Below are positions 26,801 to 35,407 of a DNA stretch of 64,000 bases, piece by piece. The notes beneath the pieces were generated by a model. The model worked only from the letters and a program-made list of their open reading frames with translations. It did not search any database and had not been told where the DNA came from. Where the stretch lies: positions 2,456,488 to 2,520,487 of the forward strand of contig OY781365.1 in NCBI GenBank assembly GCA_963676815.1. The letters run 5' to 3'. How positions within the stretch are numbered: position 1 is the stretch's first letter; every line of letters starts with the position of its first letter. Source of the DNA: an uncultured Draconibacterium sp. (GTDB taxonomy: Bacteria; Bacteroidota; Bacteroidia; Bacteroidales; Prolixibacteraceae). A program made the position numbers and the translations under genes.

Positions 26801-29288
26801 CCTGGCCGGAACGGATGCGTACGATCCGAACTGTTCAATCGATCCGTCAACATTTAGTTTTAGTTCAACCGTAAATGTATTGCAGCCGGGCCTATCGGAA
26901 GTTATCTACTATTTCAGTATTGAAGACTTCTGCGGAAATATAGGTCGAGATTCAACATATTACATGATTACCGACGACCAGGCACCTGAAGTGTTCTGTG
27001 CCGATATTACCGTATACCTCGATGAAAATGGCGAGTACCATTTAACCATTCAGGATTCAACCACAATGGTGGATAGCGTTTACGACAATTGCACAGCACC
27101 GGAAGACATGAGGGTTGAAATTGAGATTGATTTAATTACCTGCGAGGATGTTGAAACAGGAGCACAGGCCACTGTCAGGGTTTTCGACCAGTCAGGGCTG
27201 TCGGCAGAATGTATCGCCAACATAACCGTTGTGGATAATCTGCCGCCAACAGCACTTTGCCAGGATATTACGATCTATCTCGATGAAACCGGAGTGGCGT
27301 ATATTACACCGCAGGATATTGATAACGGCTCGTTTGATAATTGTAAGTTGGAGGCAATTCAGATTTCGAGAGACCGATTCGATTGTCTTGATGTTGGCGA
27401 AAATTTGGTTGAGCTCTACGCCATTGATGCATACGACCTACGCGATACCTGCGAAGCCATTGTTACTGTAATTGATCCGGTTGATCCGTTTATTGAGTGT
27501 CGTCCGATACAAACCGTTCAGTTGGATGAATATGGTAAATACGAACTGGCGTGGGATATGGTAACCGACAGTGTTTGGGACGAATGTGGTATAGATACAG
27601 TATTATTGGATGACTATGAACTGGATTGTGATAACATTGGTATTACAACAATTACTGCAACGGCATACGATGTAAACGGAAATTCAAGTAGCTGTACGGC
27701 AGAGTTTGAGGTATTTGGTAACATTCCGCCAAACGTTGTAAACGACTCGGCTGTAACATCGGTGAATATTGCTGTTGAAATTCCGGTCACAAATAATGAC
27801 TACGACCTTAAAACAAATATTAATCTTGAATCGCTTGGTATTCTTGTTGGACCTAGCAATGGTTCGGTGGTTGTTGATAAAACAACCGGTATTGTAACTT
27901 ATACTCCGAATCTGGATTACGAAGGACCGGATATCTTCCAGTATACAATTTGTGATGACGGTATACCTTGTGAGCCGGAATGTGGAAGCGCCATTGTATA
28001 TATTACAGTGCGTCCGGCAAATGAACCTCCGCTTGCGGTTGACGATTATTTTGAGGTTCCATGTGGCGATTTATTTGGTAATGTACTTCTAGACAATGGA
28101 AATGGTCGTGATTCCGATCCGGATGGCGATGAAATATTTGTTAACCCAACTCCGGTAACACCACCTGATAGCGGAGCGCTTACCTTGTTCGATAACGGGA
28201 ACTTCGAGTATATTCCGTTTGATGGTTTCTTTGGTACCGATAGCTTCCAGTATGTAATTTGCGACAACGGAGTTCCATCCTTGTGCGATACGGCATGGGT
28301 ATTTATTACACGTGTTCCGGATAACGACTGTGATGGTATTGCTGATGCTGATGATATTGATGATGATAATGATGGAATTATCGATGTTGTTGAGGGCGAC
28401 CGCGCAATTGATTCAGACCACGACGGTATCCCGGATAGTTACGATATTGATTCGGACAACGATGGTATTCCTGATAATATTGAAGGTCAGGCAGAGCACA
28501 ACTACATACCGCCAACCGGACGAGATACCGATGGCGATGGATGGGACGATGCTTACGACCCCGACAATGGCGGTTATCCGTATGTGCCTGTTGATACCGA
28601 TGGCGATACCATGCCGGATTACCTTGATATTGACTCGGATAACGACGGAGTTTGGGATATTATTGAAGGACATGATGCCGACCACAACGGTATTGCTGAT
28701 GTTATGAGATGGTACAGCGACGAAGACCGGGATGGTTTGGATGATGCCTACGATACCTACTCAGGATGGGCCGATTATGGTAACGAAACGGGTAGTAACG
28801 CACCGTTGCAAGACTTTGACGATGATGGAACACGCGACTGGCGCGATATTAACGATGAAGACGATGATTACCTGACAGTAAATGAAGACTTAAACGGTAA
28901 TGGAGATTACAGCGACGACGACCTCGACCTTGATGGTTATCCGGAATATTTGGATACTGAGTTGAACTGTGAGCTGTTTATACCTGAAGGATTCTCGCCA
29001 AACGACGATGGTGTTCACGACTTCTTCCAGATTTTGTGTATCCAGAAATATCCGAATGCCAAACTGATGATATTTAACCGAAATGGTGTTAAACTTTGGG
29101 AAAAAGAACACTATGGTAACCTCGATGTATGGGGAACATATAATGATGCCTGGTGGTGGGGAACTTCCGAAAATCGCTTAACCATTGGTCATGCTGGTGG
29201 ATTACCGGCCGGTAACTATATTTATGTGCTGATACTGAATGATGGATTGGGTACCGTTAAGAATGGTACGGTAATGTTAGCATACTAA
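20895..29288 (+). CDS. Large T9SS type B cargo protein (SprB-like repeats, CDS-motif repeats, HYR-like, Big/cadherin-like, Asp-rich TSP3-like repeats, gliding-motility CTD)
   Basis: Signal peptide from ATG 20895 (MQRLKYILMIIVLAVTARVAEG-Q). It has ~11 GCDS-type repeats, two NxxPxAVDD Ig domains and DxDxDG calcium-binding repeats. The C-terminus LFIPEGFSPNDDGVHDFF...IFNRNG...LPAGNYIYVL...GTVMLAY matches the TIGR04131-type CTD. Confidence 0.92.
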   Translation: MQRLKYILMIIVLAVTARVAEGQTYVIDSVCVGAERTYRLDGEEGSYYEWDIYSMPDSSVFADSVPYTDFRDIGRPTANDTTWGSQIQQLWDVVGEFNIEVTHWSLHGCDTLEVGQIKVFPPPEAIAGPNDVICEFADIQLTGDTAWNHSSLLWTTTGDGTFSDDMALHPIYYLGPADSAASSVTLVLTSYGLAENETCIPAVDSVSFEFSSPDIVLAGADPLCYNENTGYVSANVVGGLAPLIYSWQGPDGFSAGNVDSIPELGAGMYVLTVTDANGCVDIDSIQLFDPPQLLANIDNVSQVSCYGYADGSIAASASGGTGTLTYNWTSLLGATYTGDSIYNLPADTYYLTVTDENGCTYLDTVLLPEPELLLVDVTADDTILCEGEVVTLHGNPEGGTGELTQRWTGNGSVFLSSVNDSVITFEGAPVGRYVFTYTITDEALCEASDSIVLNVYPPSFSFDSLEVCAGAAPFPWNGLMVTSDADRDYVDTLVGMNQWGCDSILSLAVKVLFPEVYDTTIYICENEAPFQPYGNITVLPDRDSIYLDTVRYADSGCDSLLITINVFSNPITDTLLYAELCAGADPYQWNNRWIQTDYSEIYLDTLVNQFGCDSLLTYDVTIIPPDTTYVFDTLCQDTEPYVWNTITIETVFDSTYQVTLQNQYLCDSVVELSVHVLPVTDTLLDLTYCAGPGFITLNNRDIIFDESRIYLDTLYGANQFGCDSLLTYDVTILPPDTTTIDTTICEGEPAFVWGVNTTHLVDAYTDSIYTDILQNQFGCDSIVYLDVEILRPVVITDTIEVCANEPAFTWHSFTIATDVDSIYADTLYYDAGCDSLRLELTLISNPVTDTLLDSIICEGSPVFAWNSVNIQTDFSQVYYDTLVGANQFGCDSFLVYDVTIVPAIKDTIPAVFCFGEPIANWYGQSISSETDSTYIHNVPGPGGCDTLLYYDVSILPVTDSTLYLTLCVGAPDVPLNNRTITSDQSRIYFDTIPNSYGCDSLMIYDVTVIPPDTTLHYDTLCVGDPEYDWNGFTVSTSVEDEYVASVPTATGCDSVAILYTTLINGTTTYDTVYACEEYTWTDGTGTTYYTSGDYQHTLGGATTCADTSWLHLVISPPVTINTLVTHVLCFGESNGAIELSVSGGLPPLTFLWSNGATTQNISNLSAGIYTVTVSSTVTDTLVCTTTLDVEVKEPDEILITLDAVTDVLVAGESTGSIEVSVAGGTPGTGYAYEWTNDAGIVVGTDEDLFNQPAGDYTLTVTDANGCVETFTETITEPLPPDRFMASLDDEICYEYLQYYPVAYSIDEYLALDTSLDVYSIYGLDSASFTADSSVVSGSGYCYEEVRTYTVMDGAGNTLSATHTIIVNDTEDPTITCPPTTTVNNGIVPPPFDSLSFLGAGGSFADNCGIVRFDLVDEYSDNNSNPETITRVYQVWDYCGNINTCEHQIQVFANVSIALECQDLPDVYYECRDFRPNYRDIDDFEAAGGRYFSSVPIDTFFYNDVVQGTFCPTITRTYTLRNIAGQEETCTQVFQVLDNEAPVITMPVKEISCNDPIPYYSDWIEFRRGIPGISNTYYDNCTDLRDARIYYQGQTITGTCPTLYERTYRFVDECGNETIAVDRIYVNDTIPPQIDPDFPTEITAECDVPDPYINVNAYVTENCGPLVIASRDSLGGIDEPGVVYRIYTFSDPCNSVDIIQKITIELTNIPVFDGLSPLCQFTPSPDLPETSINGITGHWEIDSIPTDVVGTFTYVFYPDSGQCAGPADIVVEILPAIQLSETHLDPAYNPNPVGSIDLGIDGGSGVYTYNWTGPDGFTATTADIANLYAGDYWVEVSDNIGCYDSLSVTLQYFDPEFSCPPDTLIECPDVTQYPAAGNITEFIAYGGHYYPTNIVADLRSFDVVDTTAYCLTIERTYIVEDIYGRVDSCTQTIDFYDLVPPVVIGPPGDTAECLSTIIPPSINSFADFMNLAGTDAYDPNCSIDPSTFSFSSTVNVLQPGLSEVIYYFSIEDFCGNIGRDSTYYMITDDQAPEVFCADITVYLDENGEYHLTIQDSTTMVDSVYDNCTAPEDMRVEIEIDLITCEDVETGAQATVRVFDQSGLSAECIANITVVDNLPPTALCQDITIYLDETGVAYITPQDIDNGSFDNCKLEAIQISRDRFDCLDVGENLVELYAIDAYDLRDTCEAIVTVIDPVDPFIECRPIQTVQLDEYGKYELAWDMVTDSVWDECGIDTVLLDDYELDCDNIGITTITATAYDVNGNSSSCTAEFEVFGNIPPNVVNDSAVTSVNIAVEIPVTNNDYDLKTNINLESLGILVGPSNGSVVVDKTTGIVTYTPNLDYEGPDIFQYTICDDGIPCEPECGSAIVYITVRPANEPPLAVDDYFEVPCGDLFGNVLLDNGNGRDSDPDGDEIFVNPTPVTPPDSGALTLFDNGNFEYIPFDGFFGTDSFQYVICDNGVPSLCDTAWVFITRVPDNDCDGIADADDIDDDNDGIIDVVEGDRAIDSDHDGIPDSYDIDSDNDGIPDNIEGQAEHNYIPPTGRDTDGDGWDDAYDPDNGGYPYVPVDTDGDTMPDYLDIDSDNDGVWDIIEGHDADHNGIADVMRWYSDEDRDGLDDAYDTYSGWADYGNETGSNAPLQDFDDDGTRDWRDINDEDDDYLTVNEDLNGNGDYSDDDLDLDGYPEYLDTELNCELFIPEGFSPNDDGVHDFFQILCIQKYPNAKLMIFNRNGVKLWEKEHYGNLDVWGTYNDAWWWGTSENRLTIGHAGGLPAGNYIYVLILNDGLGTVKNGTVMLAY

Positions 29289-29348
29289 ACAATATGTTTA
29301 AAGCGGCATGGTTTTTGCTCTTCTCGCTGGAAATTAAAACCTTAGCTT

Positions 29349-31738
29349 GTGTTTAAAAACCTTACACTTATCGCTTTTGTGCTGCTTTTTGTACACTCGG
29401 CCAAAGCGCAATCTATCGAGAATTATTTTGCCGATCAAACCAATCAGCTTCAACAAAAACTTTATTTGAACACCGATCGGGAGCTTTATTTTTCAACCGA
29501 ACTTTATGGTTTTCGGCTAAATTGCTTGATGCGAAAACGCACCAACCGAAAAGCGAAGATTGTAATTTGTATCTCGAAATTATTGATGAAAAAGGAAAGT
29601 TGGTCGATAAAAAGCTATTCGCAATTATTAACGGAAAATCATTTGGCTCGGTAACTTTCACCGAAAATCTTTTTAACGAAGGCCGGTATCTGATTCGCGC
29701 TTATACCGATTACCTTAAGCCTCTTGGCGAAGAATTGTATTTTGCAAAAGGCATTTATATCAGTACCATTAAAAATGCTTCTAGCCCAAAACAAAAAAGG
29801 TTAAAATCAAAAAAACTGTTTGTCGATTTTTATCCGGAAGGAGGTTTTCTGTTGAAAGACCAAATGAACCAAATGAGTTTTATGGCTTACGATGAAAAAG
29901 GTAAACCTATTGAAATACGTGGTAGCTTGTTAAATGAAAAAGGGGAGAAAGTGGTTGATTTTAATACCGGTTATAAGGGAAGAGGGAGGTTCTACTTCGT
30001 TCCCAAAACAGAAAATTACAAAATTGAAATTCAAGGATATTACGATGTTGAGTACGATATGCCTTCGGTGCAAAATGATGGTGCGAAATTAATGCTGCAT
30101 GCCATTAATTCCAATGGCGCAAGATTAACGGTGTTAAGTAATAATCCTGGCGATAGTTATTACATTGCCATTTTTCATCGTGGAGACGGCAAACATTTTA
30201 TAAAGTTAAACCGAGCGCAAATTGAAAGAACGATTACCATCGAGCCGCAGTACCTGTATAGTGGTGTAAACAGGCTGGTGCTTTTGGATAACAATTATAT
30301 CCCTCAATCTGAGCGACTGGTTTTTGTCGACAAAGGGGAAGAGGTTGATTTACAACTGGAGCTTAACCAAGAGCAGTTTCAAACACGAAGCGAGGTTGAA
30401 CTTGATATTACTTCGGCTTTTGCAAACGAGAGCGACGAATTTGCATCAGTTTCAGTTGCTGTTGTTAGCGAAAACGCGCTGGCAGCCCGCGGCGTTCAAC
30501 AAAATATTCGTTCTTATCTGCTACTCGATTCGGAGCTTAAAGGTTATATGCCATCATCGGCTGATTATTTTGTTGATGACGATGAGATCTCAGCAAAAGA
30601 AAAGATGGATTTACTGATGCTTACTAATGGTTGGCGAAATTATTTGTGGAATTCTCCGGTTGATACATTGAGAACTGAAGATACACAGTTTGGTGTTAGG
30701 GTTCAGGGAAATGTTAAAAGATTGGGCTTTAACGTACCATTTCGGAACACCGAAGTGTTTTTGAATGTGCTGAATGATGCCGCGCCTGTTTGGTTTAGCA
30801 CACAAACCGATTCGTTGGGGAATTTTGACTTTAAAAATGTTCAGTTTGCCGATACGGCTACAGTTATGGTTCAGGGATTGAATTATAAAAGTAAAACCCG
30901 TACACGCATTGATTTAACTTCTGTTGGTTTTGAGCCCTCGTTAATAACTACAAATTACTTGACGCCTCTCGGAAATATTTCCGGCACATCGGTTAGTGCT
31001 TTGCGATTAAGGTATTTGAACGAGCTTCGCCTACAGGAATTCCGACAGGACACCAGTTCAATAGCGCTCGACGAAATAAAGATTGTGGGTAAAAGAAAAC
31101 AAATTACTGTTGAACCAACCGGAGTATACTGTACACCTGATCACTCCCTGAAAGTTACGACTGAAGATCGGGCTTACTCAACTATTACAAACTTTCTTGT
31201 TGGTAGGTTTCCTGGAGTTCATGTAGTTAACGGTAAAATTTCGATTCGCCAAGGATTAAAACAACCATTGTATTTAATTGATGGTATTCCTGTCGATTCG
31301 ACAACTTTTAGAATGCTTACTATGTATCAGATTGATAAAATTGAGGTAATTAAAGGACCATCGGCGGCAATCTACGGGTCTAGGGGAGCAAATGGTATCC
31401 TTTCAGTTCTTACGCGTAAAGGGGCAGATGATATTCCGGTATCCGACTACATTCCCGGAACAATTATTCAAAACATTATGGGTTTTTCAAAATATCGCGA
31501 GTTTTATTCTCCGGTGTACACTGCGGATAACATTGATTCAGAAAAACCCGATTACAGAACTACTTTGTATTGGAATCCCAATATTGTTATTGAAAACGAA
31601 ACTCAAAAGCTTCGGTTCTTTACTTGCGACAACCTTTCCAACTACAAGATTATTGTTGAAGGAATAACGAACACCGGAAAAACATGTATTGGCGAGACTG
31701 ATTTTGTAGTAAACGAAAGGAAGAAGGAATCACTTTAG
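29349..31738 (+). pseudogene. Frameshifted Bacteroidota MG2-like/TonB plug-domain protein (no barrel); true pseudogene or sequencing error
   Basis: The signal peptide and QQKLYLNTDRELYF are in one frame (29349). The family-typical continuation TLWFSAKLLDA is in the -1 frame from 29501, so one A appears to be missing in ACCGAA-CTTTATGG. The C-terminal part has a plug motif (PLYLIDG...IEVIKGPSAAIYGSRGANG) and DYRTTLYWNP. Confidence 0.8.
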
Positions 31739-32962
31739 TGCTTCCTCGATATCGCTAATAATATCAGCAACATTTTCAATACCAACCGAAAGACGCATCA
31801 TGCGGTCGTTAATGCAGGCTGCAATACGTTCTTCTTCGGTAAACTCGGCATAAATTGTTGAATGCGGATGAATGATCAGTGATTTGTTGTCGTTCAGGTT
31901 GGTGGCCCGGCGAATGATTTGCAGCTTGTTCATAAAGGTATAACAGGCAGCTTTCGATTCCAGCTCGAAACTCATAATCGTTCCCGGCACACCGTTAAAA
32001 TATTTCTGTGCCAAAGGGTAACGTTCATCATTTTCCAAACCCGGATAACTAACTACCCGAACCCTGGGGTGGTTGTTTAAAAACTTACCCAAAGCCAGGC
32101 AGTTTTGGTAGCACTTTTCTACTCGAAGTTCAAGAATATCGAGCCCCTGTATTTGAAAACGTGCGGTTTGTGGTGCCATACTTCCGCCGGTATTCCGATA
32201 CACGTTTTTTCTAACTTTCATCAGAAAGGCATTGTTTTTGAATTTCTGCGTATAGGTGGCAGTGTTCGGATTCAGATTCCAGTCGAAATTGCCATGATCT
32301 ACAATAGCACCTCCAAATGAAGTAGCACCTCCCGATATGTATTTAGTGGTCGACATAACTTCTATGTTTATACCAAATTTCCCGCCATTAAAAACATTAG
32401 GCGGAGTATTGGTACTGTCGGCAATTAAAACCAGGTTGTGTTTTTTTGCCAGGCCCGACAGCATTTCAATATCAGTAATATCAAGTTGAGGATTGGTTAC
32501 CGTTTCAAAATATATGGCGCGGGTATTTTTATCGATCAATTTTTCTATCTCGCTTTCAGAGCTTAAATCGCTAAAACGTGTTTCCAGTCCAAATTCCGAT
32601 AGTGTATTCTGAAATAATGCCAGAGTGTGTCCGAACAATCGGTTTCCGGAAATAATATTGTCGCCTGTTTTGGTAACAGCCATAATGGTATTTGTAATGG
32701 CTGCCATGCCCGAACTTACTGCAATAACACCGCTACTTTGAGTGAGAGCTTTTAATTTTAACTCAAAATATTCAACCGTTGGACTGGCTGTTCGCGAGTA
32801 AACATGTGCAATGTATTCGCCCCTGAAATTAGCTTCAATTTGTTCGGCCGTGTCAAATTCATAAGCTACCGACTCGTAGAGCGGCATTTGCAATGCTTTA
32901 TGCGGATCTTGTTTGGCGAACGGTACATTTAAAGCTGTTGTAGTAAATCCGGTTTTCTTCAT
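31730..32962 (-). CDS. PLP-dependent O-acetylhomoserine/O-succinylhomoserine sulfhydrylase family (Cys/Met metabolism)
   Basis: VYSRTASPT, SSGMAAI, ETVTNP, STTKYISG (PLP lysine) and MRLSVGIE motifs. Confidence 0.88.
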   Translation of the reverse strand: MKKTGFTTTALNVPFAKQDPHKALQMPLYESVAYEFDTAEQIEANFRGEYIAHVYSRTASPTVEYFELKLKALTQSSGVIAVSSGMAAITNTIMAVTKTGDNIISGNRLFGHTLALFQNTLSEFGLETRFSDLSSESEIEKLIDKNTRAIYFETVTNPQLDITDIEMLSGLAKKHNLVLIADSTNTPPNVFNGGKFGINIEVMSTTKYISGGATSFGGAIVDHGNFDWNLNPNTATYTQKFKNNAFLMKVRKNVYRNTGGSMAPQTARFQIQGLDILELRVEKCYQNCLALGKFLNNHPRVRVVSYPGLENDERYPLAQKYFNGVPGTIMSFELESKAACYTFMNKLQIIRRATNLNDNKSLIIHPHSTIYAEFTEEERIAACINDRMMRLSVGIENVADIISDIEEALK

Positions 32963-33101
32963 TTGTCAATTTTTATGGGCGTAAAAGTAATGTTTTGTAT
33001 TCCTTTTGGCCTGCTGTGTACAAAATACCAGTTGAAAAAGCCTGATATTTGACATCCACAGAACAATTATAAAACATAAAAGTTTTTTATAATTGCTGTA
33101 C

Positions 33102-33130
33102 TTTGGTACAATAATTGTTACTTAACTTTG
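33102..33130 (+). promoter_or_regulatory. Bacteroidota primary-sigma promoter
   Basis: TTTG (33102-33105), 17 nt spacer, TAACTTTG (33123-33130); matches the -33/-7 consensus. Confidence 0.65.
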
Positions 33131-33136
33131 CATTTT

Positions 33137-33201
33137 AAGTTATAATTAAACAGCATTTAATTACAAATTGTAAACCATGGCGTCCCCCGTCATGGTTTTT
33201 T
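33137..33201 (+). ncRNA. Candidate ~65-nt small RNA or attenuated leader upstream of glgB
   Basis: Follows the promoter. Hairpin AATTAAA-CAGCA-TTTAATT, then terminator AAACCATGGCG-TCCCC-CGTCATGGTTT plus a T-run. Confidence 0.45.
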
Positions 33202-33370
33202 ATTTTGTCTTTTTTGTTGCAGTCCAAAAACTTACAGCGCATTTGTTTGGTAGGTGTGTTTTTAAGCAATAAAAACATTCTAACGTGCTTCATCATTTTT
33301 TCCAAATAATCTTCATTTTCACGTCTGTTTCTCTATCTTTAAAAAACAAATTCGTAGTTGAGCGAATTAA

Positions 33371-35407
33371 ATGAAAGGAGCCGAACAAATGAAGAAATAC
33401 CTGCCTAAATTAGTACAGAATGATAAGTGGTTAGAACCTTATTCCGGAGTAATTTCGGATAGAATGATTCTTGCAGAACGTAAAGAAAAAGAATTGACGG
33501 GGGGCAAATCGTTGGCCGATTTTGCTACCGGGCATTTGTTTTTTGGTTTGCACCGAACTCATTCGGGGTGGGTAATTCGCGAGTGGGCACCCAATGCAAC
33601 GCATATCTACCTAGTTGGCACTTTTAACGATTGGCAGGAAAGTGCTGATTATTCTTTTTCACATCTCGATCATGGAGTATGGGAACTTCATCTGGCAACC
33701 GATCAATTGGCCCACGGCGATTTGTATGCCTTAAATATACATTGGGCTGTGAATCATGGAAAACGAATACCTGCCTGGGCTACACGCGTAGTGCAGGATG
33801 AAAATACACACATGTTTAATGCCCAGGTTTGGGCACCCGAAAAAGCTTACGAATGGAACAACCCGGATTTTCAGCGCACCGACGAGCAACCGCTGATTTA
33901 CGAAGGGCATGTTGGAATGGCCGGCGAAGAGGAGCGTGTGCATACCTACAATGAGTTTCGTGAGCAAATGTTGCCGCGCATAAAAGCCAACGGATATAAT
34001 GTTATTCAGTTAATGGCCATTCCCGAGCATCCGTATTACGGGAGTTTTGGCTACCATGTAAGCAGCTTTTTTGCTGCATCGTCGCGTTTTGGAACGCCCG
34101 AGGAACTGAAACAATTGATTGATGAAGCGCATGGAATGGGTATTGCAGTAATTATGGATTTGGTGCATTCGCATGCAGTAAAAAATGAAGTTGAAGGCCT
34201 CGGAAATTATGATGGCACACGCTACCAGTTTTTTCACGAAGGAGGTAAAGGCGTGCATCCTGCGTGGGATAGCTACTGTTTTAACTACGATAAAAATGAG
34301 GTGCTACACTTCCTTTTGTCAAATATAAGCTATTGGTTAAATGAATATAAATTCGATGGTTTTCGTTTTGATGGCGTAACCAGTATGTTGTATTTTAATC
34401 ATGGTTTAGAGATCGCTTTTTCCAACTACGACGACTACTTTAATGCGAATGTCGATCACGAGGCAGTTACCTATTTTAAGCTGGCAAATAAGCTGATGAA
34501 AGAGATCAATCCGGGATCTTTGTCGATTGCTGAAGACATGAGTGGAATGCCCGGACTGGCAACAGCGATTGAAGATGGCGGTTTGGGATTCGATTTCCGG
34601 ATGGCCATGGGCGTACCTGATTTTTGGATAAAAATGATAAAAGAAAAGTCGGACGACGAATGGGAAGTTGGCGACATTTTTTACCAGCTTACTTCGAAAC
34701 GGATGGACGAGCAGGTGGTGAGTTATGCCGAATCACACGACCAGGCATTGGTAGGCGATAAAACCATTGTCTTTCGCCTGATCGATAAAGAGATGTATTT
34801 CTCGATGCGCAAAGATCAGCCAAACCTGATTGTTGAACGGGGAATAGCTTTGCATAAAATGATTCGCCTGGCAACGGCAAGTTGTGCAGGTGGAGCTTAC
34901 CTTAATTTTATGGGTAACGAATTTGGACATCCTGAGTGGATTGATTTTCCGCGCGAAGGAAACAACTGGTCTTACAGTCATGCGCGCCGAATTTGGAGCA
35001 TCTCCGAAGATCAGGACCTGAAATTTCATTGGTTGTATGATTTTGATAAAGAAATGATTCAGCTGATCAATCAAAACAAAATACTCTCCATCCCTTCGGT
35101 TGACAAGGTTTTGGAAAATAAGCCGGATAAAGTGCTGGCCTATCACCGAGGACTGTTTTTGTTTGTGTTTAATTTTAATCCAACACAGTCGTTTACCGAT
35201 TATGGAATTCCGCTTGGCGCCGGAAAATATCAAATTGTACTGAACAGCGATTCGGGCCGCTTTGGTGGTCACGACCGGGTTGATGAAGAGATAAGTTACT
35301 ACACTATGCCAAGTAAAGGAATGGATAGCCAGCACTACCTGAAACTTTACCTGCCGGCAAGAACGGCGTTGGTGCTGAAAAAAGTAGATATTCCGAAAGC
35401 AAAGTAA
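33371..35407 (+). CDS. glgB: 1,4-alpha-glucan branching enzyme (GH13)
   Basis: REWAPNA, GYHVSSFFA, GFRFDGVTS, AEDMSG, YAESHDQ and FMGNEFGHPEW motifs; the start may be 33389. Confidence 0.95.
   Translation: MKGAEQMKKYLPKLVQNDKWLEPYSGVISDRMILAERKEKELTGGKSLADFATGHLFFGLHRTHSGWVIREWAPNATHIYLVGTFNDWQESADYSFSHLDHGVWELHLATDQLAHGDLYALNIHWAVNHGKRIPAWATRVVQDENTHMFNAQVWAPEKAYEWNNPDFQRTDEQPLIYEGHVGMAGEEERVHTYNEFREQMLPRIKANGYNVIQLMAIPEHPYYGSFGYHVSSFFAASSRFGTPEELKQLIDEAHGMGIAVIMDLVHSHAVKNEVEGLGNYDGTRYQFFHEGGKGVHPAWDSYCFNYDKNEVLHFLLSNISYWLNEYKFDGFRFDGVTSMLYFNHGLEIAFSNYDDYFNANVDHEAVTYFKLANKLMKEINPGSLSIAEDMSGMPGLATAIEDGGLGFDFRMAMGVPDFWIKMIKEKSDDEWEVGDIFYQLTSKRMDEQVVSYAESHDQALVGDKTIVFRLIDKEMYFSMRKDQPNLIVERGIALHKMIRLATASCAGGAYLNFMGNEFGHPEWIDFPREGNNWSYSHARRIWSISEDQDLKFHWLYDFDKEMIQLINQNKILSIPSVDKVLENKPDKVLAYHRGLFLFVFNFNPTQSFTDYGIPLGAGKYQIVLNSDSGRFGGHDRVDEEISYYTMPSKGMDSQHYLKLYLPARTALVLKKVDIPKAK

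Noticed and set aside
32963-33100. SAM riboswitch upstream of the MetY-like gene
   Set aside because: No SAM-I or SAM-II consensus found on the minus strand.
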